A DNA stretch of 64,000 bases from Chlamydiota bacterium (GTDB lineage Bacteria; Chlamydiota; Chlamydiia; Chlamydiales; JAAKFQ01), in the NCBI GenBank assembly GCA_011064725.1, contig JAAKFQ010000001.1, forward strand, positions 1,650-65,649, read 5' to 3'. Shown here one piece after another: positions 47,790-56,006 of the stretch. The position numbers and the translations under genes are program-made. The notes beneath the pieces were generated by a model that saw only the letters and a program-made list of their open reading frames with translations, was not told the origin of the DNA and searched no databases. How positions within the stretch are numbered: the stretch's first letter is position 1; every line of letters starts with the position of its first letter.

Positions 47790-47948
47790 CTGATTTTACG
47801 CATTACCTTCTATTCATGGGAGGACTGCAAGGAACAATCTACGGCAAATTGCTCCTCGTTCAACTCTCACGGAGTTGACCTTCGGTGCAATACTTGTATC
47901 TTGCCCCTTTCGCTCCCCCTTTAAACAGAACTTACTGCGTAACATCAG
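47790..47948 (+). mobile_element. Family-A MITE copy A3 (159 bp)
   Basis: Starts the base after the hemW stop. Its right TIR contains the stop codon of the convergent pentapeptide gene. Flanks ttatttga/ttattaac. Confidence 0.85.
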
Positions 47949-48517
47949 TTATTAACCTTAATTTCTAAAGCTTCTAGTAGACTGATGGCCTCGGGAAAAG
48001 AAAATTTTGCTCCCTTAAGATTATTATTTTTAGGATCGATGAAATAATTGATTGCGTCTACAAAATTAGCCTTACATAAATTGCAGTTGTGAAAAATTGT
48101 GCTAGACAAATCTGTTTTCCCAAAATCCGCTTGTTGTAAATTGACATTTGTAAAGTAACATTCACGCAGCTTAGATCCTTTAAAAGATGTTTTTTTCATG
48201 TTCAAGTCTGAAAAATTGCAATATTGCATCACACAACCGATCAACCTGATAGAAAAAAGTCGAGTATCACATTTAAAAAATTTAAGACCGATAATTTTAC
48301 TCTCTTCAAAACGACAATCTTGAAAACGGCAATTATCAATTTTGGTCAAAGTAAAGTCACAACATTTGAAACAGCAAGAAGAAAAACTCGCTTGATTTAG
48401 ATTCGCTTCTTTAAAGTGACAATTTTCAAAAGTACAACTAACAAAAGAACACTCTTCCAAAGATTGCTTAGAAAAATCCTTCGATGTGATGGTTTTATCT
48501 TCTTGATACTTGATCAT
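47945..48517 (-). CDS. Pentapeptide-repeat protein
   Basis: Continuous A(D/N)LxX-type pentapeptide periodicity (…[33 protein letters not shown]…). Confidence 0.8.
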   Translation of the reverse strand: MIKYQEDKTITSKDFSKQSLEECSFVSCTFENCHFKEANLNQASFSSCCFKCCDFTLTKIDNCRFQDCRFEESKIIGLKFFKCDTRLFSIRLIGCVMQYCNFSDLNMKKTSFKGSKLRECYFTNVNLQQADFGKTDLSSTIFHNCNLCKANFVDAINYFIDPKNNNLKGAKFSFPEAISLLEALEIKVNN

Positions 48518-49584
48518 GCCAGATCGATCTTATCACAAAGATAAACATCTTGGATAGCATGTAAAAGCTCAACACCTTCTTTAAAAGGACGTTGGAATGC
48601 TTTTCTTCCAGAAATAAGTCCCATGCCACCTGCCCTTTTATTCACCACAGCCGTGCTAATCGCATCTTGCAGATCATTGCCCCCGCTAGCACCACCACTG
48701 TTGATGAGTCCCATACGCCCCATGTAACAATTGAGTACTTGGTAGCGTGTCAGATCAATCGGGTGATCTGTAGAAAGCTTTTCGTACATTGCATCTGAAT
48801 ACTTCCCGAATTTCAGTGTTTTAAAACCAAAATTTGTATCGGGAAGCTTTTGTTTGATAATATCTGCTTCAATCGTCACACCCAAATGATTGGCTTGTCC
48901 TGTCAAATCAGCAGCTGTATGAAAATCTTGGGTCTGTGTTTTAAATGCAGAATTTCTTGTATAACACCACAAGATCGTCGCAAGACCATGTTCATGGGCA
49001 TGGTGGAATGTTTTGGAAATTTCTATGATTTGACGATCTGATTCTTTAGACCCAAAATAGATGGTTGCACCCACGGCCACAGCGCCCATGTCATAGGCCT
49101 GCTTGACATGCCCAAAGGCAATTTGGTCGTAGGTGGTTGGGTAGGTTAAAAGTTCATTGTGATTAAGTTTCACAATGAATGGAATCTTATGCGCATACTT
49201 TCTAGACACAGCTCCCAAAACACCAAGCGTAGAGGCAACCGCATTGCAGCCTCCTTCCATTGCCAACTTCACAATGTTTTCTGGATCAAAATACATGGGA
49301 TTGGGAGCAAAGGAAAATCCTGCAGAATGTTCAATGCCTTGATCCACTGGCAAAATGCTCATAAATCCTGTATTTTTTAATCGTCCATGATCAAAAAGTC
49401 TTGTCAAAGAGCCAAGCGTGCGATTATTCCTATCTGACGCACAAAAAATACGATCTACAAAATCAGGGCCAGGTTGATGGATCTGTTCTTTAAAAGGCAA
49501 AGGGCTTTTATAAGAAAGCAATGCACTTTTTTCTTTTAAAATCTTTTCAATTTCTTCTAATGACATAATATTCCCTTTGTTCAA
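48514..49584 (-). CDS. fbaB: Class I fructose-bisphosphate aldolase (DhnA/FbaB type)
   Basis: The C-terminus …[38 protein letters not shown] closely resembles the E. coli FbaB C-terminus as I recall it. 356 aa. Confidence 0.8.
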   Translation of the reverse strand: MNKGNIMSLEEIEKILKEKSALLSYKSPLPFKEQIHQPGPDFVDRIFCASDRNNRTLGSLTRLFDHGRLKNTGFMSILPVDQGIEHSAGFSFAPNPMYFDPENIVKLAMEGGCNAVASTLGVLGAVSRKYAHKIPFIVKLNHNELLTYPTTYDQIAFGHVKQAYDMGAVAVGATIYFGSKESDRQIIEISKTFHHAHEHGLATILWCYTRNSAFKTQTQDFHTAADLTGQANHLGVTIEADIIKQKLPDTNFGFKTLKFGKYSDAMYEKLSTDHPIDLTRYQVLNCYMGRMGLINSGGASGGNDLQDAISTAVVNKRAGGMGLISGRKAFQRPFKEGVELLHAIQDVYLCDKIDLA

Positions 49585-49668
49585 GCATTATTTATCACTG
49601 TAACAAAAAAAAGTTTTAATCTGCAAACACTCGCTTATTATGAAGAAACTTAAGTGCGGATTTGAGTA

Positions 49669-49830
49669 ACCTTAAATATGGATTTAGTTTGCTCAAAATC
49701 ATGTAGAGATTTCGCTTAAATTCTTGTTTTTGCCGTAGGGATATAGTAGAAAACTATTTCCTACGGCAAAAAGTGCAAGAAGAAAGTGAAAGCTCTATGA
49801 GAATGAATAAAATAAAGCCATATTTAAGGT
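49669..49830. mobile_element. Family-B MITE-like element, full copy (162 bp)
   Basis: TIRs accttaaatatgg… / …ccatatttaaggt, flanked by TA on both sides. Central hairpin gccgtagg/cctacggc (49732-49767). Confidence 0.75.
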
Positions 49831-50058
49831 TAAACTTGCAAAAAAATATTTTACAATGTCACAGTTATGTCAGCTGTGAAAATTAAAATTTTTGCGACCT
49901 TTTAAAAATGAAGTTATTTGTTTTTTTTATTTTTCTTTTTCCTCTTCAATTCAAATTGATTAACTTGAAGGTATTTTATAAAACGTTTCCTAAACGTATT
50001 ACGTATGCTGGGAAGGATACGAATCAAATTGGAAAAGTATGGTTTTCCATTTATTTAA

Positions 50059-50217
50059 CTCATGTTACGCAGTAAATTCCATCTATAATAGGGCTGCAAA
50101 GAACACTCTACGGCATTTTGCTCCTCATTCAACTCTCATGGAGTTGAACTACGTCGCAATATTTGTATATTACCCTTTTCGCTCCTCTTCTAAATAGAAT
50201 TTACTGCGCAACATGAG
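50059..50217 (+). mobile_element. Family-A MITE copy A4 (159 bp)
   Basis: TIRs ctcatgttacgcagtaaattc / gaatttactgcgcaacatgag. Perfect 8-bp target-site duplication ttatttaa. Confidence 0.9.
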
Positions 50218-50301
50218 TTATTTAACTGACGGCAAAACAATTGTTGAATAACAATGCCAAAATTGTTATACTCCGCACACAATTAACAACCACATAGTTT
50301 C

Positions 50302-52224
50302 ATGCGTCGATCCATCTTAATTTGTGAGCCAAATATTGCTTTTTCTGGTCAAAGTAAAACTTGGCGATTTAAATATACAACAGCACACAATCTTGCTAAA
50401 GGTGCTAAATTGCGCTTTGATCTCAATTCCAAGGGAAGGTCCATTGATTGGGAAATTCCTTCATCGAATTTAAAAAATAAGCATAATGTGATTTACATGA
50501 TCCTGCCTAATGGGAAAATTCTTGAAGCCAATATGGTTCAAAAAAAAGATTCGATTTTAGAGCTGTTTGAATTTGTACTGCCCATCGAAGTCAAAACAAC
50601 CCAAATGCTCATAATCTGCATTGGACTTCCTCCTAAATCCAAGAAAAATCCCGACGAGGAAGGCAATCTGTGTCAAACACTCACACAACGCAGGCGTCCT
50701 TTCTATTTACACATTGATGCAAAAGGAAAAGGAAAAATTCAGGATCCTGAAATCTTTTCTATCGATGTTAAAGGAGCTGCTCTACATACCATCCGTGCGA
50801 TTATCCCTTCTTTTGTCACACGTAACAAACGTTTTGATGTTGTTGTGCGTTTTGAAGATAAATTTGGAAATTTGACAAGCAATGCAAAAGAAAACACCCT
50901 CATTGACCTTTCTTACGAACATTTAAGAGAAAATCTAAGTTGGAAACTCTTTGTTCCAGAAACAGGGTATTTAGCCATTCCTAACCTCTATTTTAATGAA
51001 CCTGGACTCTATAAACTTAAATTACATAACTTGGAAAATGACGCCGTATTCTATTCTGCGCCCATTTATTGCTTTGAAGATAATCCTGTGCAGCTTTTTT
51101 GGGGGCTCTTTCACGGAGAGAGTGAAAAATTTAATTCTCAAGAATCTATTGAATCATGCATTCGCCATTTCCGCGATGAGCAAGCATTAAATTTTTTCTT
51201 TACCTCTCCATTTGAATCTTCTGATGAAACGTCCATTGATACCTGGAAATTAGTCTGCCAAAATGTCGCGCAATTCAATGAAGATGATCGCTTTGTTTGT
51301 GGTCTTGGCTTTCAATGGCAAGGCGAAAATAAAGAAGAAGGTTTGAGGCAAATGATTTATCGCAAAGAAAATAAACCTCTTTTGCGTATAAAAGAATCGA
51401 AAAATAATCTTCTAAAAAAGGTCTATCGTCAAGCTAATCCAAAAGAGATGCTTTCTATTCCTGAATTTACAGCAAGTCCCAACACACTTTTTGATTTCCA
51501 AAACCATCAAGAAGAGTTTGAAAAAGTAGTGGAGATCTATAATGCCTGGGGATCTTCTGAATGCTCCGAAAAAGAAGGCAACCCTTTCCCCATCAAACCA
51601 GATGGAAAAAAGGGAATTAAAGCCAATGAAAAAGGTTTTATACGCAATATTTTAAACCAAAACTATCGTTTTGGATTTACAGCTGGTGGATTGGATGATC
51701 GAGGAACCTTTGAAAGCTTTTACGATTCTGATCAAAAGCAGTACCATCCAGGACTCACCGCCGTGCTTACTGAAGATTTCACAAAAGATGCGCTCTTTGA
51801 TGCGCTGACAAAAAGAGCCACATTTGCTACAACAGGTGAACGCATGATCGTCTATTTTGAACTTGTGAACAAACGCATGGGCTCTATTTTAAATACAAAA
51901 GACAAACCCGGCCTATGTGTCAATCGCCACCTGACCGGATTTGCCGTGGGAACGAAAAAATTAGATAAACTTGAGATTATTCGTAACGGAAAGCTTTTTA
52001 AAACCTTTGATATTAAAGATTCTTTTTTCCAATTTACCTTCGATGATATGGAAGATTTAGCTTCTATTTGCTTACCCAAGGGAAAAGGCTTATATCCTTT
52101 CACGTATTACTACTTGCGCCTTTTTCAAGAAAATGGACACATTGCGTGGTCCTCTCCAATTTGGGTCGATCTCATAGAAGGACAAAATGCTTTTTTGAAT
52201 ATAAAAAAATCCAAGAAAAACTAG
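50302..52224 (+). CDS. Conserved hypothetical protein (640 aa) heading the mqn/ubiE gene string
   Basis: Long ORF, 3 nt upstream of the radical SAM mqn gene. No motif recognised. Confidence 0.45.
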   Translation: MRRSILICEPNIAFSGQSKTWRFKYTTAHNLAKGAKLRFDLNSKGRSIDWEIPSSNLKNKHNVIYMILPNGKILEANMVQKKDSILELFEFVLPIEVKTTQMLIICIGLPPKSKKNPDEEGNLCQTLTQRRRPFYLHIDAKGKGKIQDPEIFSIDVKGAALHTIRAIIPSFVTRNKRFDVVVRFEDKFGNLTSNAKENTLIDLSYEHLRENLSWKLFVPETGYLAIPNLYFNEPGLYKLKLHNLENDAVFYSAPIYCFEDNPVQLFWGLFHGESEKFNSQESIESCIRHFRDEQALNFFFTSPFESSDETSIDTWKLVCQNVAQFNEDDRFVCGLGFQWQGENKEEGLRQMIYRKENKPLLRIKESKNNLLKKVYRQANPKEMLSIPEFTASPNTLFDFQNHQEEFEKVVEIYNAWGSSECSEKEGNPFPIKPDGKKGIKANEKGFIRNILNQNYRFGFTAGGLDDRGTFESFYDSDQKQYHPGLTAVLTEDFTKDALFDALTKRATFATTGERMIVYFELVNKRMGSILNTKDKPGLCVNRHLTGFAVGTKKLDKLEIIRNGKLFKTFDIKDSFFQFTFDDMEDLASICLPKGKGLYPFTYYYLRLFQENGHIAWSSPIWVDLIEGQNAFLNIKKSKKN

Positions 52225-52227
52225 ATA

Positions 52228-53343
52228 ATGCAAGATGAGCTAATCACACAAATGCCAACAAAAGAGCTTGCGCATATTGCATCCAAAATCCTTGAAAAAA
52301 AACGTTTGAATGCAAAAGAAGGTTTATACCTTTTTGAAACTCCTTTTTTAGAAAGTGTCTGTTTGCTAGCAGATTACGTGAGAAAAGAGCATTGTGGCAA
52401 CGCAGTGACATTTGCTACAACGTATTTTGTGCACCCGACCAATCTATGCGAGCTTTCTTGTCCATTCTGTTCTTTTTATGCCAAACCTGGTTGGAAAACG
52501 GCTTGGTTCCATACCCCAGAAGAAATTGCTGAAAAAATCAAAAAGCATATGCATTTGGGCCTAACAGAAATTCATGTTGTGGGAGGGCTTTGGAAAAGTG
52601 CCAATCTCGATTATTATGAAAAACTTTTTGGCCTGATCAAAGAAATCGATCCCAACTTACATATCAAAGCGCTCGAGCCTGTGGAATATGATTATTTGAG
52701 CAAACTTCACAATATGAGTGTAAAAGATGTGTTAAAAACAATGATCGGATTTGGCTTAGGTTCCATGCCAGGAGGAGGAGCTGAAGTATTAGATGAACAG
52801 ATTCGAAAAAAAATTGCGCCTCAAAAAATTTCCTCTGACCGTTATTTAGAAATTCACAAAATTGCCCACTCATTGAATATTCAATCCAATATCACCATGC
52901 TCTTTGGAACCTATGAAGATCCCTCGTCACTCATCACCCACCTCATGCGTGTTCGCGAAACACAAGATGAAACTGGGGGCTTTAAAACATGCGTCCCCTA
53001 TCCATACCATGCGCAAAATAATGCTCTTGGAAAACGCCAACATTTGCTCAAGCCCAAAGATCCTATTAGAGTTTTTGCCATAACGCGTTTGATGTTAGAC
53101 AATGTGCGCAATTTAAAAGTTCTTTGGAATTACCTTGGAATAGATCGTGCTCTAAACATCCTAAATTGTGGAGGAAATGACCTAGGTTCCACAGCGATTG
53201 ATGAAAAAGTGATCACTATGGCAGGTGGCATTAAAGTACACATGACAAAAAACACGTTATGTGATTTAATTAAAAGCATAAACAGAGTTCCAAAACACAT
53301 CCATTCTGGATTGGAAAAAACGATGGGAGTTGTACATGCTTAA
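52228..53343 (+). CDS. Radical SAM menaquinone (futalosine pathway) enzyme, MqnE/MqnC family
   Basis: CELSCPFCSF (CxxxCxxC). About 370 aa. Immediately upstream of an MqnA-like gene. E versus C not distinguishable by eye. Confidence 0.7.
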   Translation: MQDELITQMPTKELAHIASKILEKKRLNAKEGLYLFETPFLESVCLLADYVRKEHCGNAVTFATTYFVHPTNLCELSCPFCSFYAKPGWKTAWFHTPEEIAEKIKKHMHLGLTEIHVVGGLWKSANLDYYEKLFGLIKEIDPNLHIKALEPVEYDYLSKLHNMSVKDVLKTMIGFGLGSMPGGGAEVLDEQIRKKIAPQKISSDRYLEIHKIAHSLNIQSNITMLFGTYEDPSSLITHLMRVRETQDETGGFKTCVPYPYHAQNNALGKRQHLLKPKDPIRVFAITRLMLDNVRNLKVLWNYLGIDRALNILNCGGNDLGSTAIDEKVITMAGGIKVHMTKNTLCDLIKSINRVPKHIHSGLEKTMGVVHA

Positions 53344-54115
53344 AGTCGGAGTGATTGATTTTATCAACGTATATCCTCTCACTTATCAGCTTGTTAATCA
53401 CAACTCACAGTTCCACTTTTTTTTAGATACACCAGCTAATCTCTCTTTGCTTTTAAAAAATAACGAACTCGACATTGCACAAATTTCTAGCTCATTTTAT
53501 TTACAAAACAAAGATGAATTTGAACTGATCAAAGAATTTGGTGTGGCTGCAACTCAAAGCGTCAAAAGTGTGCATCTTTATCACAATATTCCCATAGAAA
53601 CCATCCAAACCATTTATGTCACTCCACAGAGTAAAGCTTCTGTAAACTTACTTCGTGTTTTAGCCATGCACCACTGGTTTATTGATTGCGACTTTGTGGT
53701 CGTTAATGATTTTGAAGAGCTTATACACAAGCCTGCCTTTTTACTCATTGGAGATATGGCGCTCATACGTCCCCATTTTGAGGGATATGAAACCACCGAT
53801 TTAGCCTCAAGTTGGTATGAGATGACCAATCTTCCTTTTGTCTTTAGTGTTACATGCGTCAGAAAAGATGTTTTTCATCAACACCCAGAAGAGATCAATG
53901 CTTTTATTGAAGCCATGCGCACTTCTTATGCATGGGGAAAAGAGCATCGTGATGAGGTGATCAAGGCTGCAAGAAAAGTCTGTCCGCTTCCAAAACCTTA
54001 TCTCGACAATTACTACGACACTCTGGAATTTGAGCTCACAGATCATCATTTTCAAGGCATGTACAAGTTTGAAAAATATTTGCAAATGTCTCAAAAGCAA
54101 ATGCAAACCACATGA
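53330..54115 (+). CDS. mqnA: Chorismate dehydratase MqnA-like (periplasmic-binding-protein fold)
   Basis: N-terminal LKVGVIDFINVYPL resembles the MqnA signature (…ISYLNxxPL). Size and context fit. Confidence 0.65.
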   Translation: MYMLKVGVIDFINVYPLTYQLVNHNSQFHFFLDTPANLSLLLKNNELDIAQISSSFYLQNKDEFELIKEFGVAATQSVKSVHLYHNIPIETIQTIYVTPQSKASVNLLRVLAMHHWFIDCDFVVVNDFEELIHKPAFLLIGDMALIRPHFEGYETTDLASSWYEMTNLPFVFSVTCVRKDVFHQHPEEINAFIEAMRTSYAWGKEHRDEVIKAARKVCPLPKPYLDNYYDTLEFELTDHHFQGMYKFEKYLQMSQKQMQTT

Positions 54116-54789
54116 ATACAAAACATTTCTTCTCAAGTATTGCTAAGCGCTATGACTTTGCAAATACTCTGCTCTCTCTAGGATTTCATCATTTGTGGAA
54201 TAGAAAACTCCTTTTATCCCTTAAAGGCGCTACGCTACTCGATTTTTGTGCAGGAACAGGCGCCATTTCTAAGCTTGCACTAAAGCGTGGATTTACAAAA
54301 GTCGTCTTGGTGGATTTTTGTGAAAAAATGCTCGGTGTTGCAAAGCAAACCCTCAAAAAAAATGCCGAATTTATTTGCGCCAATGTAGAAAATATTCCTC
54401 TCAATCAAACATTTGATCACATCACAATGGCCTATGGAATTCGCAATGTACAACATCCACAAAAATGCTTTAACGAGGCTTTTCGATTGCTAAAACCTGG
54501 TGGTTCTATTGCCCTTCTAGAGCTCACAAAACCCAAAAATCCCCTGCTTAGATTTTTTCACTGGATCTATTTACACACCTACTTGCCACTTATCGGCAAC
54601 CTTATCACTAAAAACAAAGAAGCGTACAGCTACCTGTCTTCATCCATCCTAGCCTTTGATCTAGATAGAATCAAAGTAGCACTCACACATACAGGTTTTA
54701 GCGAAATTAGCATAAAATCGCAAACTTTTGGACTTGCCACCATTATCATTGCTAAAAAATCTTTATCTCATTTACAGAACACACCTTAA
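54112..54789 (+). CDS. ubiE: Demethylmenaquinone methyltransferase UbiE/MenG
   Basis: …YDFANTLLSLGFHHLWNRKL… (UbiE signature), SAM motif LLDFCAGTG, and GIRNV. Confidence 0.85.
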   Translation: MNTKHFFSSIAKRYDFANTLLSLGFHHLWNRKLLLSLKGATLLDFCAGTGAISKLALKRGFTKVVLVDFCEKMLGVAKQTLKKNAEFICANVENIPLNQTFDHITMAYGIRNVQHPQKCFNEAFRLLKPGGSIALLELTKPKNPLLRFFHWIYLHTYLPLIGNLITKNKEAYSYLSSSILAFDLDRIKVALTHTGFSEISIKSQTFGLATIIIAKKSLSHLQNTP

Positions 54790-54790
54790 A

Positions 54791-54850
54791 TGCTCTGCAT
54801 ACGGTAGATTTTCAGTGCTATCAAGACTTCATGGCACAAAGTTTATTCAC
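54791..54850 (-). pseudogene. Relic of the 5' end of a second Imm11-like immunity gene
   Basis: The minus strand reads gtgaataaactttgtgcc…gaagtcttgatagcactgaaaatctaccgtatgcagagca. It aligns with the intact gene start atggataaactttttcg…ggggtcttgatagtgttgaagatctaccgcgtgcagga, with a ~45-nt internal gap. Truncated at the ubiE stop. Confidence 0.6.
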
Positions 54851-55433
54851 TTGACCATCCTTTTTCTGTTAAAAGTTCTGGATGCTCTCTAATAGGTTTC
54901 TTCACTCTTTCTTCGAATAATTCTAAAAATCTATCCCTGTCACCTCTTGCTTCCAAAGATGCTTTTATTATCTCTTCTAAAACAAATCTAGGGTAGGCTT
55001 CAAGGGGTGATATTTCTAAATGTTTCCTGTAACCGTAAAGGTCAAAAGGAAGTTTATTTCTGAAGGGAAAATAGAACAGAACAATCGGAGGAAACATCGA
55101 GAAAAAAAATAAACTTGTCGCTCGGAAAATATAAGAATTTTTCCAATATACTATAGCAAACTTTCGCCATCGTTTCATACAAGTCCATAGCCATATACCC
55201 AAAATTCCCGATGCGATGCTCATAGCAAAAAGGACAAGAGCTTCGAAAAACCTTCCAGAAATACCCTCATAAATGACATAGACAATTCCCATGATGATAA
55301 TGCTTAAAGAAAACATAAAGAGCATAAACATACTAAGAAAAGACACACTACAAAGAAGGTAAAAGGCAAAGTCAAGAATAATTTCTCGAAACTCTTTTAG
55401 AAAATAAGATTTAAACTTGTTTTGTATTTTCAT
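54843..55433 (-). CDS. Membrane protein (about 4 TM) carrying a copy of the toxin C-terminal tail; probable degenerate or orphan toxin module
   Basis: The C-terminal …AYPRFVLEEIIKASLEARGDRDRFLELFEERVKKPIREHPELLTEKGW aligns with the last ~55 aa of the 670-aa protein. The catalytic His residues are not retained. Confidence 0.55.
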   Translation of the reverse strand: MKIQNKFKSYFLKEFREIILDFAFYLLCSVSFLSMFMLFMFSLSIIIMGIVYVIYEGISGRFFEALVLFAMSIASGILGIWLWTCMKRWRKFAIVYWKNSYIFRATSLFFFSMFPPIVLFYFPFRNKLPFDLYGYRKHLEISPLEAYPRFVLEEIIKASLEARGDRDRFLELFEERVKKPIREHPELLTEKGWSSE

Positions 55434-55469
55434 GATATTTTGTAAGCGTATTTTATCAAATTCACATTT

Positions 55470-56006
55470 TTAATCAACCAAAGGTACTTTAGAAAAGACA
55501 ATTCCTGTACATTTTGCTTTTTGTAGTTTTTTCTTAATGTCTTCTGTAATGACAAGAGCTAATCGAGATTTTGGATAATTAAAAATCTTATGTTTTCCTT
55601 CAATCTTCTTTCTAGAAAATACCGGTTTTATAACTCTGGATTTATCTTTTTGCAAAATGCATCGATCCCAATCGACTGTGTCATAAAACTTAGGAAAGTG
55701 CTGAATATAATACTCTCGTTCTTCTCCTTGTTCACTTTTTACAAACGCCCTCAACCATTGCATTTCATCTTCGGAACCTTTGTTTTCATCTAAAATAGTT
55801 TTCATCTTCACAGAACACATTTTAAATACAGGACTATTTCCTTGATAATCTGCAAAATCGCCTTCCTCTAAATTGAAGTACAACGGTTCCCAATTTTTTA
55901 CGGATCCTGCACGCGGTAGATCTTCAACACTATCAAGACCCCCTGGAGGTCTAGCAGTACCATAATTATCTTGAATTGGAAAATGAATACGAAAAAGTTT
56001 ATCCAT
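55470..56006 (-). CDS. Imm11/DUF1629-like immunity protein candidate
   Basis: 178 aa. Its ATG sits inside the toxin stop region (8-nt overlap ATGGATAA). The pattern …DFADYQG…MCSVKMKTILDE…YYIQHF…DTVDWDRC…IFNYP…LVITEDIKKKLQKAKCTGIVFSKV matches my recollection of Imm11. Confidence 0.55.
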   Translation of the reverse strand: MDKLFRIHFPIQDNYGTARPPGGLDSVEDLPRAGSVKNWEPLYFNLEEGDFADYQGNSPVFKMCSVKMKTILDENKGSEDEMQWLRAFVKSEQGEEREYYIQHFPKFYDTVDWDRCILQKDKSRVIKPVFSRKKIEGKHKIFNYPKSRLALVITEDIKKKLQKAKCTGIVFSKVPLVD

